This document shows, piece after piece, positions 1-10,091 of a stretch of DNA of 64,000 bases. Under the pieces are notes generated by a model. The model saw only the letters and a list, made by a program, of their open reading frames with translations. It searched no databases and was not told the DNA's origin. A program made the translations under genes and the position numbers. Position 1 is the first letter of the stretch. Each line of letters opens with the position of its first letter. Source of the DNA: Squalus acanthias (Eukaryota); the NCBI GenBank assembly GCA_030390025.1, contig CM059433.1, forward strand, positions 7,814,001-7,878,000. Reading direction: 5' to 3'.

Positions 1-428
1 GTCAAGCCCCTTCAGAATCTTATATGTTTCAATAAGATCCCCTCTCATTCTTCTAAACTCCAATGAGTATCGGCCCAACCTGCGCAACCTTTCTTCATAA
101 GATAACCCCTTCATCTCCGGAATCAACCTCGTGAACCTTCTCTGAACTGCCTCCAATGCAAGTATATCCTTCCTTAAATAGGAGACCAAAACTGTACGCA
201 CTACTCCAGGTGTGGTCTCACCAACAGTTGTAAGTACAGTTGTAACAGGACTTCCCTACTTTTATACTCCATTCCCTTTGCAATAAAGGCCAACACTCCA
301 TTTGCCTTCCTAATTACTTGCTGTACCTGCATGCTAACTTTTTGTGATTCATGTACAGTACAAGGACCCCCAGATCCCTCTGTACCTCAGCATTTTGTAA
401 TCTCTCCCCATTTAAATAATAATTTGCT
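1..428 (-). mobile_element. Degraded CR1-clade LINE fragment (ORF2, region C-terminal to the RT core)
   Basis: Minus-strand translation gives CR1 ORF2 motifs YYLNGERLQNAEVQRDLGVL, QVQQVIRKANGVLAFIAKGMEYKSREVLLQLY, VRPHLE*CVQFWSP and LEAVQRRFTRLIPEMKGLSYEERL...RRMRGDLIETYKILKGLD, with stops and frameshifts. Runs off the left edge of the window. Confidence 0.9.
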
Positions 429-1920
429 AATGTACAGCTAGGAAAAGTCAAAGCTGTGTAGACCAGGACTGCAGGTGACCTTTCAACTCATTACATTAAG
501 GATTAGGTTTGGCTTTAGCACTGTGCCCTGTGTGGAATCTGTGCTGCAGCAGATGGTGCTCTTCGACGTAAAGACAAAAGCTGCGTTTTTCAAGCACACT
601 GGAGTCAAGGTTAGTGCTGAGTTACATTTTAAGTGAGTTGCTAATTTAATGTCTAACGCACAGTTTTAGGGGGAAGTTTATTCATGTGCTAAGGCAGAGG
701 AAGACAATGGAAGTAAAATGAAAAAAAGCACGGGGACAGACAAGAGTGCGTCCTCAACACCGTCAATCCTTTTACTTCACAAACACTAAAATGGAGAAGG
801 TGGATTGCAGAGGTCCTTTGTATTCCGCGACTGATTTTTACAAGAGTCACATCAACGTGTCTAAACCATGCGACTCATGTACAGTATATTGATGAAGTTG
901 CGCAGAAAATATTATTAATGCACATCTGCACAAAAGTGCAAGTTTAATTTCCTCATTTCAAAATGATAATTAAGAAAGTGGCATCATTTATCACAGAAAT
1001 AATAACATGTCAAGCAGAAATACAAGGGATGGATTACTCTCTTCTATCACAGAATAAATGATTCCTTACTGAATTTCCCACTATAGCTTACAGCAACAAA
1101 TTTACCCATCTCTCAGAATCATCTATGCCTAAGCCATTTAGCTCCGTTGAACCATTTTAGCGCCATGGGTAACAGTGACATCAAACTGTGCTTTTGTTCC
1201 TTGAATCCCACCCACTCACTCCACGGCAGAGGTAAAGGATACAGTTGTGCACACAGCGCGGTGCTAAAATAGCAATGTATATCTGCTTCTATACATGGTA
1301 TATACGAACCAATCAAATCATCATATTCACACGGGACAAATCAAAGCCATATGACCTGATTATGCACCTGCTGTTTAATTATATTTACAAGCCAAGCACA
1401 TTTTACACTCTTGGTAGTATACACATCAGTTTTTATTACCACGGCCCTATAATTTATGAGGCAGCTGATTGTTTAGTCACTGTATCTCAGGCTGTCAAAT
1501 TACTTCACTTTGAGTCAAATTCAAAAAAAAAATGGATTGGTGATGAGGTTCCTACTGGAACCTGTTTTTGACCCAAGTCCCATTCAATCTTGGACTGTAA
1601 TCTGAGCTCTTAATGGAGTTTGTGCTCATTTCTAATGTATCCTTACAAGAACAATTGAGCAATCACAAGTGACATTGTGGCATTTTGATGTTGGACATTC
1701 TGTTCTATTAATCCTTTCCCTGCTGAATAAAGGGGAACTCCATAAATTTATTATCATAAATAATGTGGCATGTTTGGAATTAAAGGTGCATTTTCAGTAT
1801 GAATCAGAAAGTCCTGTATTTAATCAACATTGAGTCTGGCAGGTCAGGACAGGATGGTCCATTTTATAATATTGTGCTGCCAACGAACAAACCCAAATAC
1901 AAATCCCACTCCCAACTACG

Positions 1921-2200
1921 TTCAGATCCTAGTGTCAATTTAGAGATTTGAGTTCAGAACTCAATCTCGATCGTGGAAATCCAAATTCATATCATTAGGC
2001 AGATCCAAGTTCAAGTCCTAGTTCTCAACCAGGAAATCTATTCAAGTCCTAATTTCCGACCAGGCGTTCAATTCAAATTCCAATTTCCCATGAGGTGATT
2101 TTTCTCAAATCCAAATTTACGTGGCAGTTTCAGCTCAGAGATTACGGTGCAAATCTCAGTCTCAGTTAGAAAACCCAAGTTGAAATCCTTGTCCTAACTG
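1921..2200. repeat. Highly degenerate ~31-bp tandem repeat
   Basis: TTCAAGTCCT-like words recur at 1921, 1953, 2010, 2041, 2072 and 2104. Units at 2010 and 2041 share TTCAAGTCCTA..T....ACCAGG. Confidence 0.4.
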
Positions 2201-4030
2201 AGATTCTTATTGATAATTTCTCTAGGAGCGAGCCTCTGGGCTGCCTGTCAGCAACTGGCATACTGAGGTCGAGATCCAATTGTCATTCTCAGGACTGTAT
2301 CATTGCAAGTGAGCCTTGTTTAAATTATCTGAGATTTCAGTCTTTTTGAAAGATGGGGGTAGGAAGTATAATGATCTCTATTCTACTTTTTAGGTTAAAA
2401 GAAAGTGACGAATGATCTTAAAAAATAAACGAATACTTCAAAAGGCGAGAGCACATCATTGAACAGCGCAGGGTACCAGATACTGATCAATAAATTGGTA
2501 GGTTGACCTGTTTCAGTTCTCAGTACTGGCTCTCATGTTGGTGACTCCAGCCACTCCAGAACACAGCTGTGTGCCTGCACCACTGTGTGAAAAGTGAACA
2601 CATATCATAAAAATCATGAGAAAGCACAATTTTAAGGGTGTGCCAGTTTGTTGAACCACATTTTATGACCTTAGTCAAGCTGCCAGGGCTTACAAATGCA
2701 GTCAGCTTTGGTCATAACACCTGGTAATGTGGAATAACCTGCATTGTTCCCTAGACTCTGAACGACCATGTTATTGTCACCTGTAAGTGCTTAAGGTGTG
2801 CCACTTAATGTAAACCATAATGAGTAAGTGACATCCTAATGACTTATGGTCCGCTGCAGTTTAACTGTTTTTAATCTTCAAAAAAAACCCAGAGTAATCC
2901 ATTACTTTGGGAAACAATCAAATGCAGCACCTATTCATACTGACCCATGTGAATGACTCTGATAAATCTCACACATCCGTGTGAAGAGAAAATGCACAGT
3001 GAATGGTTGCTAAGCTCTGGAGGCAATACATCCTCTGTACCGTAACTGATCAATTCAAACCTGCAGAAATAATTAAACTCCGGATGTCAATGTTTTCAAA
3101 AAAGGACGCAAATCTTAACATGACGATGACATTAAAAATAGGAAAAAAAAGATACAAATTCTGTAGTGAGAGAAATTCTGAGGGTCACAAGCAGGATGAT
3201 CTTTCACCTGACTAATATTTGACTTTAATATCAGCAGAGCTTAAGTATGGCAAACAATGAGGGCTTTTATACTGGCTGAAGGATGGAGTTTATAATGAAG
3301 TTTACTTTGCGATATGATGTATTCTATTCAACAATCCTACTACAATCCTGGCCAAGAAAACCCACTCTGCCTCCTTTACTCTATATGTGGATATGTTTTC
3401 TATGGATTTAGAATGCTACCGTTGTATTTATACAATTGGCTGTAATAACACTTCCTTAAATAAGTATTCATTTATACATTTGCTATATTAAGTAACAAAA
3501 ATAATCCACTATCTGAGAAAAGACAGACAGCCCCTTGGCAATGACTTGAATCTGGGTATGTGTGTGTTAAATTAGCCAGACTGGACCTGTTGTCCTGAGT
3601 GGGACAGCTAACTGGAAGCTTTTTTGATTGCGACAAGACATTTGAAACTTTTATCTTGGAATTTCATCAGCTATAATAACATTACAACTGGATCAAAAGT
3701 GAAAGAGTAACAATTATGTGACCGGTTATCACGGCTTGAAAGGACTCCTGTAACAAGCACTCAAAACATTCCAATCAAATTCCAGTGGTTTCCTCCGTAT
3801 ACTTTTTCCAATGGATCTTCCTTTGATTTTTCTCACATAAGAAGACGACAAACCGATGAACGATACCAATAATGAAAGAGAAGGAATGTGCGTGTCACAG
3901 ATTTCTCCTCCACCCACCGCCCTTTTTAATATCTTCTCGTGAAGGCACTGACTCTTGCTGGATACTGTTCCACAGGCAACCGCTGCCTCCTCGCACCGTC
4001 CTCATGATTGCGCTTTGCGTATGTGTGCCT

Positions 4031-4504
4031 AAAAAGAAAGACTTGCATTCCCATAGCGCCTTTCACGACCACCGGACGTCTCAAAGCGCTTTGCAGCCAA
4101 TGAAGTACTTTTTGAAGTGTAGTCACTGTTGTAATGTGGGAAACGCGGCAGCCAATTTGCGCTCAGCCAGCTCCCACAAACAGCAATGTGATAACGACCA
4201 GATAATCTGTTTTTGATATGTTGGTTGAGGGATAAATATTAGCCCCAAGACACACGGGGATAACTCCCCTGCTCTTCTTCGAAATAGCACCGTGGGATCT
4301 TTTATGTCCACCTGAGAGAGCAGACAGGGTCCTCGGTTTAACGTCTCATCTGAAAGACAGCACCTCTGACAGTGCAGCACTCCCTCAGCACTGCACTGGG
4401 AGTGTCAGCCTAGCTTTATGTGCTCAAGTCCCTGGAGTGGAACTTGAACCCACAACCTTCTGACTCAGAGGTTGAGTGTGCTACCCACTGAGCCACGGCT
4501 GACA
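4031..4504 (-). mobile_element. tRNA-derived DeuSINE (SacSINE1-like), near full length
   Basis: Minus-strand head TGTCAGCCGTGGCTCAGTGGGTAGC with Pol III A box (4485-4495) and B box GGTTCAAGTTCC (4439-4450). Deu-domain-like centre (GTGCTGCACTGTCAGAGGTGCTGTCTTTCAGATGAGACGTTAAACCGAGG) and 3' tail AAGGCGCTAT...GCAAGTCTTTCTTT. Family assignment is by recognition, not by a search. Confidence 0.85.
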
Positions 4505-5327
4505 CAGCCTAGACCGCGAATGTCACTAAGGGATTCGACTTCAGAAGGCACCCCAGCTGAGTTAACTCGCCCAGCACCCACACTTTCCAGCCAGGGTCAC
4601 TGAATCGCAATCAGTCTGATTTTTCCCTCCCCGAGCCTGTGCACACTGAGGTCTATTGTAATCCCCTTGTTGTCAGTCCACCCCAGATCAGTGACAGATC
4701 AATCCCCAGCCCAACAAGTTGTATCTCCCACCCCTCTTTCCCTCAACTGTATAGTGACAAATACGGGATACTGAGACAATAATGGCTTTCCTCGGTCTTG
4801 TGGTTCCAGATCAGCATCCAGGCCAGTTCAAAAACACAACTCCTGTTGAAACCGATGGAGCCTCTCCAGGACACACGAATCACCAAGTCTTTATGAAGCT
4901 AAAAATACTCTGCAAACGGGAAGGTGTTTCATAAAAAGCAGGTTATATCAGTATTTTTTTTGAGAGATGGGGAAGTACTTGATATAGAAAGTATTTTTTG
5001 CAGCCTTTCCTTGCAAGACTCACAAAATTCACTGCAGCTGTGATGTTCATTGCCTTCTCTCAGTTGTGGAACAAGTGGTGCACCAAACAGCTTGCTGCCA
5101 CTTTCTCCTTGTCTCTCTGTCCCTGAAATGATGCGATGGAATACTAGCCTGTGACGCCGAATGCATTCACCTGAAACATCTCTCTCTCTGCTGCTTTAGC
5201 CGAGGCATCAACCCATTTAATTTAAATGGGTTACCATCTTTGCCAAAACAGCGGCAAGAGGAATTTCAGGCGAATGCGTCAAATGTTCATACGCGCATAT
5301 CCCAAAGGGGTAGTCGTTTCATGGACG

Positions 5328-5369
5328 CTCTTTCTCTCTCTCTCTCTCTGTCTCCCTCTCTCTTTCTCT
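5328..5369. repeat. Imperfect (CT)n microsatellite
   Basis: ctctttctctctctctctctctgtctccctctctctttctct seen directly. Confidence 0.85.
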
Positions 5370-6164
5370 GTTGATGCATATTTTCGAAAGCCAGTCTTGG
5401 GAAGAGTGAGCTAATAAGCCCATGGCAAACAGAAACAATGATCAGGCGCTGGATAATTTGAAAAAACACACAACAGAAAACAAGAATCTCGTGCTGCGAG
5501 ATGCTCTGCCATCCATGAATCTGGCTGTGCATCAGCTACAAAAAAATCTGGTCGAACATTTGTAAATTTGGAAACTATTTTCGAAGAGTGGCTGAGATTA
5601 CGGTTTATTTTATTTTAACAGAGTCGTAGATCAAGTGCCAATCCTCATGAGGTTACATTTCAATGTTACAGGCTGAGAGAAATAACTCAGTTAGCCTTCA
5701 GGCTGATTTACAGGAGGGCTCTGCTGGGGGTGAACGACATATAGGGCGGAGTAAATTAGATTTAGAATAGCCAGTTACAGACAAAATGATCTTTAAAATA
5801 ATCATTGTGCATTCATAAAGTTATTGGAACATAATCATCGAGAGAAAAGCCTGAAAACAGATGTGCAATGATTACATATCATTTGTTTGTGGTGATCCTT
5901 TGAATTTCATATAACAAGAGCGATATTTAGGTGACCTGATAATTTATTCCATAGATGTGCAATTAAAAAAAATGACTAACATTGGATTGCACAGCTGGCA
6001 AATTCCAAATTTTATGTTCCGAAAATCTGATAGTTGAATCGGAAGAATCCTACAGGATTTTTCCTACTAACAGTCCGGAGCAGCGTTGTAGCAGCAAAAT
6101 GCAGATAGCACAAGAGTGTAACAAAGAGACTTTTGTGCTGAACAGAAATCAGGTCAAAGTGACC

Positions 6165-6908
6165 GACACTCAGTGTGAAGGGTGTTCATTCCACAGGACA
6201 CTCAGTGTGAAGGGTTTTCATTCCACAGGACACTCAGTGTGAAGGGTGTTCATTCCACAGGACACTCAGAGTGAAGGGTGTTCATTCCACAGGACACTCA
6301 CTGTGAAGGGTTTTCAATCCACAGGACACTCAGTGTGAAGGGTGTTCATTCCACAGGACACTCAGTGTGAAGGGTGTTCATTTCACAGGACACTTAGTGT
6401 GGAGGGTGTTCATTCCACAGGACACTCAGTGTGAAGGGTGTTCATTCCACAGGACACTCACTGTGAAGGGTGTTCATTCCACAGGACACTCAGTGTGAAG
6501 GGTGTTCATTCCACAGGACACTCACTGTGAAGGGTGTTCATTCCACAGGACACTCAGTGTGAAGGGTGTTCATTCCACAGGACACTCAGTGTGAAGGGTT
6601 TTTATTCCACAGGACACTCAGTGTGAAGCGTGTTCATTCCACAGGACACTCAGTGTGAAGGGTTTTCATTCCGCAGGACACTCAGTGTGAAGGGTGTTCA
6701 TTCCACAGGACACTCAGTGTGAAGGGTGTTCATTCCACAGGACACTCAGTGTGAAGGCTGTTTATTCCACAGGACACTCAGTGTGAAGGGTGTTCATTTC
6801 ACAGGACACTGAGTGTGGAGGGTGTTCATTCCACAGGACACTCAGTGTGAAGGGTGTTCATTCCACAGGACAATCAGTGTGAAGGGTGTTCATTCCACAG
6901 GACACTCA
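6165..6908 (+). repeat. 32-bp satellite array, segment 1 (~23 monomers)
   Basis: Tandem GGACACTCAGTGTGAAGGGTGTTCATTCCACA starting abruptly at GACACT 6165 and ending at the TCA target site (6906-6908). Confidence 0.98.
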
Positions 6909-7221
6909 GGGGTAAAAATTCAGTTGGTTGCGCCTCCCGTTAGCGCCTTAATAGGGCGCTAATGGGGCGCAAAGCCGCTAGCGCCCGGGCGCAGCAATGT
7001 TTGCGCCGCTCAGGAACTTAACTAGACATTGTGCGGCGGCGCTAAACTTTACCGCTGCGACCACCTGCGCGCGCAGATTGTGACGTCATTCCATGGTGCA
7101 ACGCCCTTGTGGCGCCCCGGAGCGGAAATTGAGTGGCGCCCCCTGCCTTACCGCCTGGCGCATCCAACGACCGGAAGACTGGAACGCTATCAATCGCTGT
7201 GGGGCTGGGGGGGGGGGGCGC

Positions 7222-7229
7222 TATTTAAA
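7222..7229 (+). promoter_or_regulatory. Putative TATA box of the transposase gene, copy 1
   Basis: TATTTAAA followed by GGGGG, ~200 bp upstream of the ATG and downstream of a G-run in CpG-rich subterminal DNA. A TGACGTCA (CRE consensus) lies at 7081-7088. Confidence 0.5.
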
Positions 7230-7422
7230 GGGGGCCACTCCTGTCTTTTTCTGTGGTTGACATTTTTGCACCACTTGTTCTGAGAGAGTGAGAGAGATTC
7301 GGAGAGAGAGAAAGAGAGACTTCTGCATTGAGTCAACGCTTTGTGAGTTAGTTTTGCCTACTGATCCTAACTTCGCTGGTACTTTGGTTGCTGTCCTTCA
7401 TAACTTTGCTTGCAAAGAGACT

Positions 7423-8943
7423 ATGGGGGCTGCACTGATTGGGGGCGTCGTCCTGCTCCAGCTGAATCGGAGGATACAGAGACGCAGAGAGAGAGTGGCA
7501 ATGATGGCCAGACGGAGGAGTGCCAACAGGCGTATGTACAGGAGAGCTTACCCTCCCAGGGTATATCGTGAACAGCTCTCCTACATTCATATGCCTGAGG
7601 AGCTGTGTTTGCGAAGGCTGCGATTCAGCAAGGAGGTGGTCACTGAGCTCTGCCACCTGCTGCAGCCAGATCTGCAGCCTCAACTGAGGTCCAGGACGTC
7701 TCTGTCGGTGGCAGTGAAGGTCACAGTGGCTCTCAACTTCTATGCTACTGGCTCATTTCAAGCTGCTGCTGGGGACCTCGCCAATATCTCCCAGTTTGCG
7801 GTGCATTGCTGCATTCGGCAGGTCACAAATGCCCTCTTTAAAAGGAGACGAGAGTTCATCTCTTTCCCCATGACCCCAGACAAGCAGCGTGACCGCGCTC
7901 TGGGCTTTGCGAGGATAGCGGGCTTCCCCATGGTGCAGGGCGCCATTGACTGCACGCATGTGGCTTTGCGTGCTCCACATGAGAATGCCGAGGAATTCCG
8001 GAACAGAAAGGGGTTCCATTCCTTGAATGTTCAGTTGGTCTGTGACCACAGACAGCTGATACTCGCTGTCAATGCCCACTATCCTGGCAGCTGCCACGAT
8101 GCTTTCATCCTGCGCCAGACTACTGTGGCAGAACTTTTCGAGGCACCGCATCAGCCAGTTGGTTGGCTTCTCGGGGACAATGGGTATCCATTGAGCACCT
8201 GGCTGATGACACTGCTCCGTACGCCCAACACCCCTGCTGAGCTGCGGTACAACGAGAGCCATCAAGCTACCAGGAACATCATTGAGCGCACAATCGGCGT
8301 GCTGAAGCAACGGTTCCGCTGTCTCGACCATTCTGGAGGAGCCCTGCAGTACTCGCCTGAGCGAGTATCCAACTTCGTAGTTGTGTGCTGCATGTTGCAT
8401 AACATGGCAATCGTCAGGACCCAGCCAATGCCACCAGGCCTTGGAGCACCACCAGAGGAGGAGGAGGAAGAGGAGGAAGAGGACGAGGAGGATGATCATC
8501 AGCAGCACCAAGGCGGGAGGGCGGCCCACAATGGCGAAACTGCACCCATGAGCTCAGTGTGCATGCCCACCGCCTGGGTGTTCATTTCTGCGATCAGCCG
8601 CTCCTCCTCTGCGTCCATTGCAGTAGGAGTCGCTGGCATACTCTCCCTCTGGGGAGAAGGCCCCCGTTCTTCCCTACCCCCATGGCGTTGCTGCAGCCCA
8701 CTGGGTCCTGGAGCTTCACCCTCATCAGACCCTTCCCCCCTGCTCCCCTCCAGGGAAGGCGTGTTCCCAGTGTGCGCATGGGCTTCCTCGGGAGAGGGTG
8801 GCACTGATGCTCCGGCTTCCTCTTCTCGGCTGCAGCTTCACTCCCACTGGCAGCTTCAGGGCCCGTCTCCTCAGCTGGTGAATCACCATCTGAAAGCAGG
8901 GAGGTACAAGAGTGGCTTTAGCGTGAGGACAGGGTGGCAGTAA
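7423..8943 (+). CDS. Harbinger DDE transposase, copy 1, with aberrant C-terminus
   Basis: First ATG at 7423 (MGAALIGG). Motifs GAIDCTH, RKGFHSLNVQ, PGSCHD, LGDNGY and IERTIGVLKQRF are intact. Native sequence ends at 8544: the last 12 residues (RSVRQRLIASRF in copy 2) are replaced by ~130 codons read antisense through the Myb gene. Confidence 0.85.
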   Translation: MGAALIGGVVLLQLNRRIQRRRERVAMMARRRSANRRMYRRAYPPRVYREQLSYIHMPEELCLRRLRFSKEVVTELCHLLQPDLQPQLRSRTSLSVAVKVTVALNFYATGSFQAAAGDLANISQFAVHCCIRQVTNALFKRRREFISFPMTPDKQRDRALGFARIAGFPMVQGAIDCTHVALRAPHENAEEFRNRKGFHSLNVQLVCDHRQLILAVNAHYPGSCHDAFILRQTTVAELFEAPHQPVGWLLGDNGYPLSTWLMTLLRTPNTPAELRYNESHQATRNIIERTIGVLKQRFRCLDHSGGALQYSPERVSNFVVVCCMLHNMAIVRTQPMPPGLGAPPEEEEEEEEEDEEDDHQQHQGGRAAHNGETAPMSSVCMPTAWVFISAISRSSSASIAVGVAGILSLWGEGPRSSLPPWRCCSPLGPGASPSSDPSPLLPSREGVFPVCAWASSGEGGTDAPASSSRLQLHSHWQLQGPSPQLVNHHLKAGRYKSGFSVRTGWQ

Positions 8944-9732
8944 GGGAGGAATAAGTGCAGCGAGTTAGCAAGTTGGATTGAAAGTGTCAAAGGCTGGTGT
9001 TGTGAGGGACAAGTGGAAGGACAGAGGACAAAAAGGTGATGACCTTACCATTGCTGTCCAGAACGGGGTAGGCGTCTCCAGTGGCGACGGGACCGATCAC
9101 CCGGCTTGCCACAATCCTGTGGACGCGCTCCTCAAGATCGCTGAGGGGTTGCAGCTGAGGCCGCCCTCCACCTGTCCGTTGCTGCTGTCTCCTATTATGC
9201 GCCAGCTTGGCCTGCAAGAAAAAGGACAGCATCTGAGTAAATATACAGCCATGGTCTTGCCTGATGTGCCTCCCATAGGTGAATAGCCCTTACTGTATAC
9301 AGCCATGGTCTTGACTGATGTGCCTCCCATAGGTGAATAGCCCTTACTGTATGCAAAGTGTGGAATGTGTGTGTGTGTTTCATGAAAGGGCCATAGGTGT
9401 TGGATGAGTGTTGTGCATTGGGGTTTTAAGACCCTCTGGCCATAGAGTGAGGTTGAGATGGAGGGATGGAGAGGTATTGAGAAAAAGCCACTCACCCTGA
9501 CGACCCGAGTGAGGTCGTTGAACTTTTTGCGGCATTGAACATGGGTCCTGGGCACCATGCTCCTGGAGGAGACGCTCTGAGCCACCTCCCTCCACACTCT
9601 TCTGTACTCGCGTGGCAAAGGCCTCCTGCCACTCTCAGGGAAGAGTATACATCTTCTGCGCTCCACCGCGCCAACCAGAGCATCCAAGGCCCGCTCGGTG
9701 AAGCGCTGAGCTCGTTCTCTCACCCTCTCCAT
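8539..9732 (-). pseudogene. Harbinger Myb/SANT-like DNA-binding protein gene, copy 1, 3'-truncated
   Basis: Predicted exons 9732-9496, 9211-9049 and 8889-8539 with GT-AG sites. Exon 3 is cut by the deletion junction at 8539-8544. Confidence 0.85.
9242..9349. repeat. 54-bp tandem duplication in Myb intron 1, copy 1
   Basis: TATACAGCCATGGTCTTG(C/A)CTGATGTGCCTCCCATAGGTGAATAGCCCTTACTG twice, starting 9242 and 9296, one mismatch. Confidence 0.95.
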
Positions 9733-10091
9733 CCTTGGCAGCAAAATGGATTCACAGGTCTCTCCAGGCCGAGATTCAAGGCTGCAATGAGCAGGGTGTG
9801 ACTAGGGAGCAAGTTGGCACCCCCCGCTTTAAGTACTGGCCGGCGCCAGTGTGTCTGTGTTCCCTCGCTAACTGGCAGCACCTGCGCTGCGCTCGCGCGC
9901 TGAGTTTGCGCCTCACTGCTCGGCCTTTGCGCCTTAAGACAGGTGTGCAGCGCCTGATTTAGCGCTCCACTCACCTCCCGGGGCGGTAAAAGTGAAGTTT
10001 CCAGTCAGTGGCGATAATTAGCGCCAGGCGCTAATATTTGCGTCCAGACGATATTTGCGCCCCAAACGGGACGCGACCTAATTTTTCCCCC

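Larger units (their letters stand above)
6909..10091 (+). mobile_element. PIF/Harbinger DNA transposon, copy 1 (3183 bp, internally deleted)
   Basis: TIRs GGGGTAAAAATT (6909-6920) and AATTTTTCCCCC (10080-10091), 11/12 match. TSD TCA at 6906-6908 and 10092-10094. Encodes a Harbinger transposase on + and a Myb/SANT gene on -. Confidence 0.95.

Noticed and set aside
2945..3060. Possible minus-strand host exon (TTTCTGCAG acceptor, open frame FELISYGTEDVLPPEL..., GTCAGT donor)
   Set aside because: The peptide is not recognisable and no partner exons were found; needs RNA-seq or homology support.
4430..4504. tRNA gene
   Set aside because: The A and B boxes form the head of the SINE and continue into the SINE body.
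4510..4700. Possible old interspersed repeat next to the SINE
   Set aside because: Looks repeat-like, but no diagnostic ends or motifs could be assigned without a library search.
1119..5532. Short ORFs in the unique region
   Set aside because: No domain similarity; several overlap the SINE or the microsatellite.
7288..7422. N-terminal extension of the transposase in the ORF track
   Set aside because: It starts at a GTG that is GAG in copy 2, within a GA microsatellite. The first ATG at 7423 is more plausible.
7753..8529. Long antisense ORFs over the transposase (also 15146-15724) and plus-strand ORFs over the Myb gene
   Set aside because: Shadow ORFs of GC-rich coding sequence with no recognisable motifs.
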